A stretch of DNA of 64,000 nucleotides from an uncultured Verrucomicrobiae bacterium (GCA_963762565.1 CAVXLD010000001.1:864001-928000); one strand, 5' to 3'. Positions 1 to 9,223 are shown, counted from the stretch's first letter. Made by a program: numbers and translations. The notes: generated by a model from the letters alone, not told the origin.

Positions 1-63
1 GAGAAATCGATTCCTGGAGCTCTTGTAGCTTGTAACACTTAGAAATGCGAAAGTGCAAGCTGC

Positions 64-834
64 ATGGAGCGAATGGCGGCAGAATGCAGCAAATCAATGA
101 GCCAGCTCGTTCAAATCGGCCAGACCGTGCGTCGTCCGGTTCATCAGAACACGCCCATCGTTCAAGCGTTATTAAAACATCTCGAGGCAATGGCTTTTGA
201 TGGAGCACCCAGGGCCCTTGGCATCGATCAAGAGGGTCGCGAGATGGTGGATTACATCTCCGGCGAGGCCGGTCATTATCCACTTAAGCCGTATGTATTA
301 TCGGAATCGACACTGATTTAGCTTGGCCGTCTGCTCCGGCGCTTTCATGACGCGACGGTCAGCTTTTCACCGCCAAAAAATCTCGTTTGGCATAACATCG
401 TCGACGGGCCATGCGGGGTTATTTGTCACAGCGATGCCGGTCCCTACAATATCATCTTTCGCAACGGTAACCCAGTTGCACTGATCGACTTCGAACGAGC
501 AGCGCCAGGCCCTCGGGTTTGGGACATCGCATTTGTAGTTTATCGATTTGCTCCTCTCTGTGATTTGCGAGAGCAAGGACTCACTCAGACCTTTCTCAGA
601 CACATCGCTCGCCGAATCCGGATTTTGCTACACGCTTACGGTTGCTCCCGACAGGATGACCTATTCGATTGGATCCAGATACGGCTAAGGACTGAGATCG
701 GCTTATTCGAAGCCCCGGAAAAGGATGTCATAGGTGGACGTCGGCAGAAAATCGAGGAGGGCCATCTCGATCTCTATAAGCGCGACCTCCGTCTGATTGA
801 GCAGGTGTCCGGAGCATTGCGGAAGTTGATTTAG
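64..834 (+). pseudogene. Aminoglycoside phosphotransferase/choline kinase-like protein interrupted by one in-frame TAG
   Basis: ORFs 64..321 and 565..834 are in the same frame. Reading past TAG 319-321 gives LGRLLRRFHDA...VICHSDAGPYNIIF...ALIDFERAAPG, the APH-like HxDxxxxN and IDF motifs. Confidence 0.8.
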
Positions 835-888
835 GTAAACGCGAGAAGCTCCCTCATGGCACAGTATAGAACGTGAATCGCAATTAGA

Positions 889-956
889 TTTCGCTCCTAC
901 GGTAGCTGGCCTCTTTTTTGCCTCTCGGGCTATAAAGATCCGGCTCCTACGGAGCC
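889..956. repeat. REP-like palindromic element (GCTCCTACGGAGC type)
   Basis: tcgctcctacgg...ctataaagatccggctcctacggagccg. Confidence 0.45.
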
Positions 957-987
957 GTTTTTGAACAGCCTGCGACGTTGCGCGGCC

Positions 988-1043
988 CACCAATGACCTC
1001 TCACCAATCACCTCTCACCTCTCACTCACCTCTCACTTCTCAC
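988..1043. repeat. Heptamer tandem repeat (CTCTCAC/CAATCAC)
   Basis: caccaatgacctctcaccaatcacctctcacctctcac...; the same unit occurs at 13452-13550 and 33853-33912. Confidence 0.8.
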
Positions 1044-1127
1044 AACAAAAGGAGCGCCTCCGCTTGCCTTAGAAGCGGAGGCACCCTTCAACTAGTCCGG
1101 TTAGTTTCCCCAAACCACCAGACTAAA
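1043..1127 (-). terminator. 3'UTR module of the LamB-like porin: G-loop hairpin plus intrinsic terminator
   Basis: Minus strand UAGUCUGGUGGUUU-GGGG-AAACUAACCGGACUA, then GCCUCCGCUU-loop-AAGCGGAGGC and CCUUUUGUUG; near-identical copy at 7352-7434. Confidence 0.75.
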
Positions 1128-1133
1128 ATCGGT

Positions 1134-1162
1134 CGGCCTCGCAAGCGAGGCACGCTCCACGG
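1134..1162. repeat. REP family C (GTGGAGCG-GCCTCGCTTGCGAGGC)
   Basis: cggcctcgcaagcgaggcacgctccacgg abuts the porin stop codon; other copies at 20511-20565 and 53998-54281. Confidence 0.85.
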
Positions 1163-3040
1163 TTAGAAGAACCACTCAACCTGGGTACCGAACAACCAGC
1201 CATGGTTGGTGTTGCCATTGTATGGCGCCGCGAAACCACCGCCGCCGCCGGAACCTTCTTCGATGGGAGTCGTCATCCCCTTGAGCGAGTCTGACCAAAT
1301 GGCGTAGGTAGCGAAGAACCGGATCTCGGGTTTGGTATAGTAACCACCCTTTGGTTTGATCACCGGTCCAACGTCAAAGACTCCCAACCACCCGGATTTT
1401 CCGAAGCCGGGATAGCCGGCGATGTTGTTATTGCTCTCGTATTGCCCACTGAACTGGCCTTGGAGAGCGATATTGTCTGCTACCCAAAAGGCGGGACGAG
1501 TACCGAACTGAACATCGTGGACGTGCCCGGAAACAACTTTGCTCACGATGGGCTCAGTGGGATTAACTACGTTTCCGCCTTGGCCAAGACCAGGTCCGGT
1601 AGTCCCTCCAAAAGCAAAACCACTATATGAGTCTTCCCAGTCGCCGAAGAAGGCAACGGAGAACCAGGGAAGCGCTGGAGCAGCCGCCGGCGCCGGCGCC
1701 GCTACGCCCTTACCGTCTTTGGACGTCCCAGCCACCGCGGGCGCGGGTTCAGAATGGTACCAGGGCAGGGCTACGTACAGCTGGAAGCCCGCTCGATAAG
1801 TGAATCCGTGGTTGAGGGCGTCACCAACATTAACTTCCCCCGTGTATCCCGGATGACGGAAGAGGAATAAGTTTTCCGCCCCCTGGACGCTGCCAAGATC
1901 GGAGCCGCTGCTGAAATTCGTCACGCCCCTACCAAAGAGTGCATAAGCGGTGAACGAATTATTGCCGCCGCCGGGACCGAACTTAACATTGTAAATGAGA
2001 CCGCCACCAATACCCCACGCAGAATCGGTGTGGAGTGGATTCGTCAAATCGACGATATTGCCAGCGGAGTCGTAGTCTTGGGTAAAGGTCCCACCCTTTT
2101 CGTAGTTGCCGATCAGGACTAAGGCAATGGTTCCGGGGATCGGTCCGAGTTGAATATTCTTCAACCGCGCGTCGAATGTCTGCTTGAACTCAGAGCCGAT
2201 ACCCGGGGATATGTCTTGCGCGTTCAGACCACCAAGCCAGGCGAAATTGAGTTGGCCGATTCCCAGGTCGATGTTTTCAACACCAGCGCCGTACCCGGAA
2301 GTGTCTAACCAGAAGTAATCTTCCGGATCCGTGTTGTAACGGTCATAGAAGCGAACACCACTCCAGAAAGTGATCTCAGGGGCGGCCTTGAAAACGTTCT
2401 TCGCCTCCAGGTAAGCCTGGCGAAGAATGAAATCGAAGTCGTTGCCGCTACGAGTCACGTTGTTTTGAGCGTCGAAGCTCGCTCGGTTTTGCACGTAGCG
2501 GATAGCCGGCGTGAAGGTCATCGATACATCCATCACATCCGGGCTATCACCCAGCATATGGGCCTGCATCCAGGTCAACTCCATGTAGGTATCGTTTTCG
2601 TTACCCAGACGCTCACGACCCTCTCCCGGAAAGTTCGGCAGCTCAAAACTGAAGTTGCCGCCTCCACCGTTTCCATTGAATTGGAAGCCCGCCCGGATGT
2701 ATGCCGAGAACGTAAAATTCCGGGTCAACGACTTTAAGAAAGATTCGTCAAGGGTTGGCGCCGCTGACACCTCTGTTCCGTTCGCATCGGTCAGGATGCG
2801 GGTATTCAAGATGGAGCCGGAGTCAGCTCTGGATTCCAAGCTTTTCATCTCCGCTTCCATCGAAGTGATGCGGTCTTGATATTGCTGTTGCTGCTTCTGC
2901 AAGCTCTCGATCTGGGCTTTCAGAGCAGAGACATCATTATTGTTACTACTGTTGTCCTGGGCTAGAGCGATCGACCCAGTAAATAAAAAGGCGGCAGCCA
3001 CCTTCGCACACAGGGGACCTGTGGGGGGACGTAACTTCAT
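1163..3040 (-). CDS. Carbohydrate porin, LamB/ScrY family, with signal peptide and N-terminal coiled coil
   Basis: LamB motif RLGNENDTYMEL, ending KPEIRFFATYA...FGTQVEWFF with terminal Phe, and coiled coil ALKAQIESLQKQQQ. Confidence 0.85.
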   Translation of the reverse strand: MKLRPPTGPLCAKVAAAFLFTGSIALAQDNSSNNNDVSALKAQIESLQKQQQQYQDRITSMEAEMKSLESRADSGSILNTRILTDANGTEVSAAPTLDESFLKSLTRNFTFSAYIRAGFQFNGNGGGGNFSFELPNFPGEGRERLGNENDTYMELTWMQAHMLGDSPDVMDVSMTFTPAIRYVQNRASFDAQNNVTRSGNDFDFILRQAYLEAKNVFKAAPEITFWSGVRFYDRYNTDPEDYFWLDTSGYGAGVENIDLGIGQLNFAWLGGLNAQDISPGIGSEFKQTFDARLKNIQLGPIPGTIALVLIGNYEKGGTFTQDYDSAGNIVDLTNPLHTDSAWGIGGGLIYNVKFGPGGGNNSFTAYALFGRGVTNFSSGSDLGSVQGAENLFLFRHPGYTGEVNVGDALNHGFTYRAGFQLYVALPWYHSEPAPAVAGTSKDGKGVAAPAPAAAPALPWFSVAFFGDWEDSYSGFAFGGTTGPGLGQGGNVVNPTEPIVSKVVSGHVHDVQFGTRPAFWVADNIALQGQFSGQYESNNNIAGYPGFGKSGWLGVFDVGPVIKPKGGYYTKPEIRFFATYAIWSDSLKGMTTPIEEGSGGGGGFAAPYNGNTNHGWLFGTQVEWFF

Positions 3041-3171
3041 GTCTTGGTATTATTCCTTTGAGGTAAGAGTTAAGGCCGGTACCGGGTCATCAACATCAAC
3101 GCGGCACCGATGTAAGCTCTCTTAGGAATTTGAGTTAACAAAGTCTAGCCGTAAAACTTCGAATCGGAAAT

Positions 3172-3199
3172 ACGGATAAATTTTTCCGATGGTTAGATA
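3172..3199. promoter_or_regulatory. Conserved upstream box shared with 7561-7592
   Basis: ACGGATAAATTTTTCCGATGGTTAGATA versus ACGGATAGACACTTTTTCCCGATGATTAGATA. Confidence 0.5.
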
Positions 3200-3314
3200 A
3201 CCGGATAACTGCGCCTACAGCCGGCGTTGCCATACGCAAACCATCTTGCATTCGGACTGAGAATCCTTTACAACAGCCGAACCAGCCGCAGTTAGTATCT
3301 AATTTTAAAATCGG

Positions 3315-3510
3315 CTTATCTGTTCGTCCGAATGTTGTGTCCAACCGTTCCGATTACTTATCTGTTAGTCCGATTTCTAGTCCTTTTTAGACCGCGTGTT
3401 AGTTATTAATGTCAGTAAATTACCAAGATGAGTAATAGTTGGCGAACAGTATCGCAATTTACTGTCTACTTTACCTTGACTTTATTGGATCCGACGAAGA
3501 GATAAAGCCG
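3315..3510. promoter_or_regulatory. Candidate AraC operator: two direct repeats plus a degenerate inverted copy
   Basis: CTTATCTGTTCGTCCGA (3315-3331) and CTTATCTGTTAGTCCGA (3357-3373) start 42 bp apart; inverted copy at 3491-3510; lies between the divergent porin and AraC genes. Confidence 0.55.
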
Positions 3511-3545
3511 GTTAGTCGTTCAGGTCAGCCAGGGCCAGCACGGAT

Positions 3546-4442
3546 ATGCAGATTCTTAGAGCAAGAGGAGCGTTGCCAGGATTGAAGGTGGTTAATGTGG
3601 AGAAGATTCTCCCGGAGGTCATCGATTTGGGTGAACATCGAGAAGCAGCGAATCGGCGTTATCGGGATCACTCACCAAATCATTGGCTCCTCATGTACCT
3701 GATCGAAGGTACCAGCCGGGTCGGACTAGAAGGAGAGCCAGAGGTCTCGCTGCGTGCTGGTTCGATCGCGTGCGTCCCACCCAATTCAAGTCGTTCGTGG
3801 CAATACGGTCCGGAACCGAAGCACCATGTATTGTGGCTTGCTTTTGAGTTGCGAGCTATTCAAAGTCGTTACCCCGAATGGAAGCTTGCTCAGGCTTTGC
3901 ATCGCGTTCACTTCGCTCACGATCTGATGCATCTGGAACGCTACTTTCTTCAGGTGATACGAGAGGCAACCACGCCTTGCCTTCACCAGGCATGCGGGCT
4001 GCAACTGGCACTCGATAGCTTGGTCTTGGAAGTGGTCCGAGCCTTCACCGAACCAAGAAAAATTCTGTCTCTAGTCTCGGTTCATCCGGCTATTTCCAAG
4101 GCTCTAGGAATGCTCCAGACCAGATTCAGGAAGAATTGGACCTTGAACGAACTAGCCGGGGAAGTTGGACTCTCCCGAAGCCGGCTCGCCGAGCTCTTCA
4201 ATCTCGAGGCGGGCTGCACGATCCACAAATATCTTACTAAAGTAAGAGTCCGGCATGCGGAAACTCTGCTAAGCCATTCAGTCCTGCCGATCGGCGAAAT
4301 CGCCTCGGAGTGCGGCTTCGCCACGATCCAACATTTTTCTCGCGTTTTCAAAGAGGTGAACGGCCACGCTCCGATGATCTTTCGTCGCCGATGCGAGGAC
4401 CGTGACTTTGGAGAACCTTTGCTGCTGCCCTCGGCATCGTGA
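3546..4442 (+). CDS. AraC family transcriptional regulator
   Basis: N-terminal cupin-like domain and C-terminal HTH ...IGEIASECGFATIQHFSRVFK. Confidence 0.92.
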   Translation: MQILRARGALPGLKVVNVEKILPEVIDLGEHREAANRRYRDHSPNHWLLMYLIEGTSRVGLEGEPEVSLRAGSIACVPPNSSRSWQYGPEPKHHVLWLAFELRAIQSRYPEWKLAQALHRVHFAHDLMHLERYFLQVIREATTPCLHQACGLQLALDSLVLEVVRAFTEPRKILSLVSVHPAISKALGMLQTRFRKNWTLNELAGEVGLSRSRLAELFNLEAGCTIHKYLTKVRVRHAETLLSHSVLPIGEIASECGFATIQHFSRVFKEVNGHAPMIFRRRCEDRDFGEPLLLPSAS

Positions 4443-4511
4443 GACACCTGTATCTTAGTTCTTGCGCTCGCAACAGACTGGAATACCCGACCAAACGTGC
4501 GGCCGGCGTCG

Positions 4512-4724
4512 CCTGGAGGGGAGCCGCTTTGTAGGTTGGCAACTAAATCGGTTGGCAGCAGGCGGCTCCCGGGAGCGACCCTTGGTAATGTTTTGTCCAG
4601 CGCCTCGGCTACCTGGCCTGTCGATTCCGGCAAAGGAGATAGATCTGCGACACGTGGAGTTATTCGCGGGAGCCGCCTGCTAGCAACTTCAAGAGCTGCC
4701 AGCCTACAAAGCGGCTCCCCTCCA
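4512..4724. repeat. REP family A doublet (GGAGGGGAGCCGC...GCGGCTCCCCTCC)
   Basis: Four boxes: ggaggggagccgcttt / aggcggctcccggga / cgcgggagccgcctg / aaagcggctcccctcca. Confidence 0.85.
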
Positions 4725-4787
4725 AAGCTGGGCGGCGACGCACATATCACGGGCTACAAAACCTTCGAACACGAGGATGAATCGGCT

Positions 4788-5273
4788 CTACTCCCTATCG
4801 ACTCGGCACGCGTAACATCCCGGCTTGGCAAAGTGTACGTGCAAAAACAGGACGGCCGGATTTTCGAAGAACTTGGCAATGATTTCCTCGGCTCGGTTCC
4901 CTTCGATTACATCAGCGCCAACCAACATATCGTTCCCGTCGAAAGCCCGGATCGATAACAAGCGGCTTCTCAGCATTTCCGGGAGCGAATCGGAGTAGGA
5001 CGCTGCCGTCGTTGCCGCTCTGCGAACATAGACCGCGTGGGTGCTACGATATGGAGATTCCGACGGTAGATGCACAAAGTTAGTCAGGATCACTTCATCC
5101 CCCGCTTCGGCATCTTGCAATGACACTCGACATGGGAAACCGGGTTTAGTATCGGCCACCAGCCGTCGGGTGAGCCGCTTTTCTAATTGGTCGTCCGACA
5201 AGTTGAATAAGGCTTCAAACGGTTCCGGAGAAAGCCCACGGACTGTGAAATGAACTGATTCGGTCTTAGTCAT
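4788..5273 (-). CDS. DUF1203 domain protein
   Basis: GFPCRVSLQDAEAGDEVIL...SPYRSTHAVYV...LHVHFAKPGCYACRVDR; likely start ATG 5273. Confidence 0.85.
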   Translation of the reverse strand: MTKTESVHFTVRGLSPEPFEALFNLSDDQLEKRLTRRLVADTKPGFPCRVSLQDAEAGDEVILTNFVHLPSESPYRSTHAVYVRRAATTAASYSDSLPEMLRSRLLSIRAFDGNDMLVGADVIEGNRAEEIIAKFFENPAVLFLHVHFAKPGCYACRVDRE

Positions 5274-5321
5274 GGACCAATCTCGGTCCCCACACCCACA
5301 AAACGACCCGATTCTTGCTCC

Positions 5322-5368
5322 AGCCTGCGCCTCTAAAAAATGCGCAGGCATTCTTTTGGAGGCGCAGG
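5322..5368 (-). terminator. Hairpin/terminator after the OprB porin
   Basis: gcctgcgcctc...gaggcgcaggc inverted repeat with an internal alternative arm, directly after the stop codon. Confidence 0.55.
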
Positions 5369-6892
5369 CTACAGCGGCACGCTGAGCTGAACTCCTAACA
5401 CAACCTCGTTTGTAGCGTTATGGTAGCCGCCGGGATTGATAATCCACTGAAGATCCGGCTGAATGTTTGCCCCGTGGAAAACGTCGAACGAGTAGAAAAT
5501 TTCCTCTACCCATTCGTTATTTTGTACGTCGAAGCCAGAACCAGGATGAGTGTTGATGTATTCCCTCTCGGCGTTCCGTACACTGCCGGAAACGCGGTTC
5601 CAACCCGTTGCTATGCCAACGGAATCGTAGGGTCGCTTCGACCAAGGACCCCAGTAGTAGAGTCCAGTGAATATTTGGCCCTGTTGAAACGAGGTCCGAG
5701 GATCTAGCCAAATAGTCCCTGCAAAGGCACTCAAACCAGTCTTTGGTCGACTCGGATCCGGAGCAGTAAGCTGTTGGAAAACACTAGCATAAACACCCCA
5801 GTCTCCTGTGAACGTGCTGCCCAGGAGGGCCGCCGAACCCGGTGCACCGGCGAGCACGCTTTTGGCGGCTCCGGTGGTTTCTGTATGGTTTGTATTCCCG
5901 AAGGCTCCCAGCACCCAAAATCCCGGTAGCTTTTGCCCGCAAATATCCACTTTCGGTTTCCAATCGATTTCGAACGGGATAATGGCTCCGCTGGTCCCGC
6001 CCGGATTATCGACTCGAAGGTAGTATTGGCTGGAAATCCAATAGTTGTTGAAAGCAAAGAGGCCAACTCTGAAGGATAAGTCCTTGGTGGCGTTCCACTG
6101 GAAATCCGTTCCCCATTGGCTCACCGGCCAAGTGAACATGCTATAACCCGCCACGTTACCGGTGATCCCTGCTGTGAACGTCAGGTTTTCAAATGGGAAA
6201 GCGTAATAGCCTCCGAATTCCTGACTCATGTTCATCAAACCGACTTTAAATTCGAACGTGTCACTAAGCAGGGTCTGTTTGAACCACATGCTGGTGATGC
6301 GCCAGGTTTGGCCTCGTCCCCACACTTCCTGAATCAGTTGGATGGTATTGGGATTCTGGATATTGCCCAGATTGTTTCCAGTACGCTTGGTGACATAGAA
6401 CTCGAAACTGCCGCCTTCCCAACAGAGCAATTTTTCTAAATTTAAATCGATTCCGAAAAGGGCCTGATCCGTATAAGCCCATGCCTGACCACTGTTTTTC
6501 GCATTACCGGCGAAAGTGTCCTTACCTCCGCTGACGTTGCTGGCCGTCTCACTGAAATAATCGATGTTAAAATCGACACCCCAGTTGTGGAGAAGGGTAC
6601 GCAATCCCCACCAGTCGCCGGTCACGTATCTATCCCAATACTCCCTACCTTCTTCCGGCGTCAGATGCATCGAGGGATCAAAGGCGATAGGATTGGCAGG
6701 CGCGGTGCCGGAAGAAATCGCGTTTGCAGCCGACATTGGGGGCGGTGGAGGAGAGGGAGGGTTGGTGACAGAGGGAGGGTTGGTTTGACTTGAATCGTCA
6801 GCCGCAAAAGCGGGTAGGGAACAGATACAGAGCAACCCGATGGCAATAGGAACCGCTCTGTCAGTCAGCGGTGAAACTGAATTCCTTTTCAC
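5369..6892 (-). CDS. Carbohydrate-selective porin, OprB family
   Basis: Signal peptide; TGDWWGLR..L...GVDF, QEVWGRGQTWR, IQPDLQWIINPGG motifs. Confidence 0.9.
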   Translation of the reverse strand: MKRNSVSPLTDRAVPIAIGLLCICSLPAFAADDSSQTNPPSVTNPPSPPPPPMSAANAISSGTAPANPIAFDPSMHLTPEEGREYWDRYVTGDWWGLRTLLHNWGVDFNIDYFSETASNVSGGKDTFAGNAKNSGQAWAYTDQALFGIDLNLEKLLCWEGGSFEFYVTKRTGNNLGNIQNPNTIQLIQEVWGRGQTWRITSMWFKQTLLSDTFEFKVGLMNMSQEFGGYYAFPFENLTFTAGITGNVAGYSMFTWPVSQWGTDFQWNATKDLSFRVGLFAFNNYWISSQYYLRVDNPGGTSGAIIPFEIDWKPKVDICGQKLPGFWVLGAFGNTNHTETTGAAKSVLAGAPGSAALLGSTFTGDWGVYASVFQQLTAPDPSRPKTGLSAFAGTIWLDPRTSFQQGQIFTGLYYWGPWSKRPYDSVGIATGWNRVSGSVRNAEREYINTHPGSGFDVQNNEWVEEIFYSFDVFHGANIQPDLQWIINPGGYHNATNEVVLGVQLSVPL

Positions 6893-7018
6893 GAGGTAGA
6901 TCTCCTTGGTTAGGGTCAGCCCAGGGTCCTGCTCGACCTGAGCCAGGTCTCCCGATCGCTGGGCCGAGAAAGTTTCGGACTCACTTTGGTTAATTTCAAC
7001 TACTTAAATACGAACTAC

Positions 7019-7153
7019 TTAAAATCGCTCTGTGCCTGCCCATACATTCCCCGCTGACTCCAAGGCGTAGTTCTGCTGCCCCCCCGGATGGGTGCCGCCT
7101 GTACTAAGGAACAGTCCGCTTCCCCGGCCACACCGATAGAGGTCTTGCTCCAT
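7019..7153 (-). CDS. Candidate 44-aa uORF in the OprB leader (MEQDLYRCGRGSGLFLSTGGTHPGG...ERF)
   Basis: ATG 7153 to TAA 7019; GAGAGGA upstream; ATG sits in the hairpin TTGCTC-GGTAATG-GAGCAA. Confidence 0.35.
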   Translation of the reverse strand: MEQDLYRCGRGSGLFLSTGGTHPGGQQNYALESAGNVWAGTERF

Positions 7154-7245
7154 TACCGAGCAATTTTCCTCTCGAAGAGACGTCCTAATTCGCCGGTCTG
7201 TGCTCGCATATCAGACTTCGCCAGATTTTACCAATCAGCTTTCCC

Positions 7246-7345
7246 CCCTTCGACGCGCCTGGCTTGAGCTTGTCGAAAGCAAACGCGGGGCTGCATTGAG
7301 CTCGTCGAGATGCCTGCATCGAGCTCGTCGAGATGCTCAGGGTAG
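7246..7345. repeat. REP-like element (CTTCGAC / GAGCTTGTCGAA type) with a 23-bp tandem duplication
   Basis: cccttcgac...tgagcttgtcgaa; ctgcatYgagctcgtcgagatgc twice at 7291-7336. Confidence 0.6.
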
Positions 7346-7351
7346 GCTTCC

Positions 7352-7434
7352 CACAAAAAGAGCGCCTCCACTTGCCTTCAAAGCGGAGGCGCCCGTCAAT
7401 AGCCCGGTTAGTTTCCCCAAACCACCAGACTAAA
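7352..7434 (-). ncRNA. Orphan copy of the G-loop hairpin plus terminator; candidate sRNA 3' end
   Basis: 7404-7434 is identical over 31 nt to 1097-1127; terminator stem conserved; no CDS directly upstream. Confidence 0.45.
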
Positions 7435-7679
7435 TTGTCCATCCTGGCACTGCATTCTGTGGTCAGCTAAAACCCAAATAAAGTTCGAATTTAACCGAAC
7501 AGTACCTGACCGTTCTCAACTCATTTCTGGGCATTGTCGAGTGCTGCAGGGTGGTTTCAGACGGATAGACACTTTTTCCCGATGATTAGATACAAAGCAT
7601 TAATGCAGCAATACTTATACAAATCAGGTATCAATTTTCACAGAAAATATAAATCGCATTTCCATTGATAGATCGACCA

Positions 7680-8600
7680 TTAGCCGGCAGGCGTTGTCCT
7701 GGCGGCGGCTGTGTCGGATGGGGTCAAAATCTGCCCATTAATGCGCAACGACCAATCCCGACGGTATTCTGCGGCCGTCGATCCGGATTGTTGACGAAAA
7801 ATCCGAGCGAAATGCTGGCTGGTTGCAAAACCGCAATCCTCAGCAATCTCGCCGATACTCAGGCTCGACTCCTTCAACAACGTCTGAGCATGCTCCACCC
7901 GGACCTTATTGAGGACCTTGTGAATCGAGCTGCCGACCTGTCGACAAAACAATTGGGCTAAACGGGACCGAGACATTCCCGACTCGCTGGCCAGCCGCTC
8001 GAGGGACCAATTCTCCCGGAACCGTGTCTGCAGAAGGTTCAAAGCGCGCGAAACCGCCGGATGCACGACAACATTTGCCGCTCTTCTATCCCCGTCAGTG
8101 CCAGCTCTGACAATCTCTAGAAGCAAAGCGTCCACGCCCAGGCGGAGCGCTGCCGCTTGATAGTGAGATGGGGTAGCGGCTTCAGTGACGATCCGGGCAA
8201 ACAGCTGTTCAAACTGATAGACCTCGTGAAGAACCACAACTTCTCGCAAAAGGCCTCTCAAGTTCCACTCGGAATGCCGAGCGATGATGGCGGGAAAATG
8301 CAAACCAAGGCAGAGACGACGATGGCGCGCTTCGGTTCCTTGGCGAAGCCAATGCTCGGTCCCGGTAGTCACGCTCCAAAACGACCCGGCGCTCAGCTGG
8401 AACCCGCGCCCTCCGGTGACATAAAGCTCGCTGGTTCCTTCGGCGACGTAACCTACTTCCCAGTAACGATGTTGATGTCCCTCCTCTTGCCATCCAGGCG
8501 ACTCTCGGTGCTCGCCGAAATCTACTACCTCAGAAACTATCTGATTTAGCGCAACGGCATGAAAGCCGTTGATTACTCCTTTGGGCGTAACAGTTTGCAT
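7680..8600 (-). CDS. AraC family transcriptional regulator, paralog of 3546..4442
   Basis: Shares EV.D.GEHRE and VHPA.S.AL..LQTRFR.NW.L..LA...G.SRSRLA.LF with the first AraC. Confidence 0.92.
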   Translation of the reverse strand: MQTVTPKGVINGFHAVALNQIVSEVVDFGEHRESPGWQEEGHQHRYWEVGYVAEGTSELYVTGGRGFQLSAGSFWSVTTGTEHWLRQGTEARHRRLCLGLHFPAIIARHSEWNLRGLLREVVVLHEVYQFEQLFARIVTEAATPSHYQAAALRLGVDALLLEIVRAGTDGDRRAANVVVHPAVSRALNLLQTRFRENWSLERLASESGMSRSRLAQLFCRQVGSSIHKVLNKVRVEHAQTLLKESSLSIGEIAEDCGFATSQHFARIFRQQSGSTAAEYRRDWSLRINGQILTPSDTAAARTTPAG

Positions 8601-9223
8601 TCTGCCGGTCTTACCGCACCCACCAGTTACCGCGGGGATACGGTGATCACCTCCGCGACGGGCTCCAGGACTGGTTTAGCAGAATCTGTTCCTGACTCGG
8701 TTACAAACAAGTCTCACCTTCATGTCAGAGCATTTCCTCCATCGTAAGCTGGTCCGCTACGACCCGGTTTGTCGAAAACCCAGACAGCAGCGGTTCTGTT
8801 CAAATAGGTTTAACAAATCAGCCCGCTCGTCAAGTTTCGCGGATTCAGATTGCTAACTGCATTCTGGAATTAGCTATTTGCAAAACGAAATGCAGGGAAA
8901 CTTTTTGGAGCGGCCATCTATAGCGGCCCGGCGGCTGCAGTTGCCGCGAAGCGGCTTAAGATCATAGCCCAGGGCCGAAAGCGCGCCGCGAGGACGTGTT
9001 ACAACCCTTAGGGTGCGTTTTCGCTCGCGATCGTAATACGTCCTCAACTTCGGTAACAACGGATCGCGAGGACGCGATCCCTCCCGGGCGATGGGCCTAC
9101 ACACAATGCGACCCGCGCCTGGCACAATCTCAAACCAAAAAATTCTTGTCCAAATTGCGCCGGCTCATTCGTCGCAATCTGAAAGCTACTGGCCATTGGC
9201 CGCTAACTAAAAGGACAAACCTC

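Noticed and set aside
319..321. Pyrrolysine or alternative-code readthrough of TAG
   Set aside because: TAG ends intact genes in this window (e.g. oprB, fabI) and no pyl genes are visible.
7020..7180. Assignment to a known riboswitch (guanidine, ZTP, fluoride, cobalamin, glycine, TPP, FMN)
   Set aside because: Only short chance matches; the core consensus blocks I recall are absent. An Rfam search is still needed.
8996..9223. Long N-terminal extensions in the ORF track (DUF899, cupin, FAD oxidoreductase, fabI, dehydrogenase, aroF)
   Set aside because: They run through repeats or leaders; family motifs begin at downstream starts.
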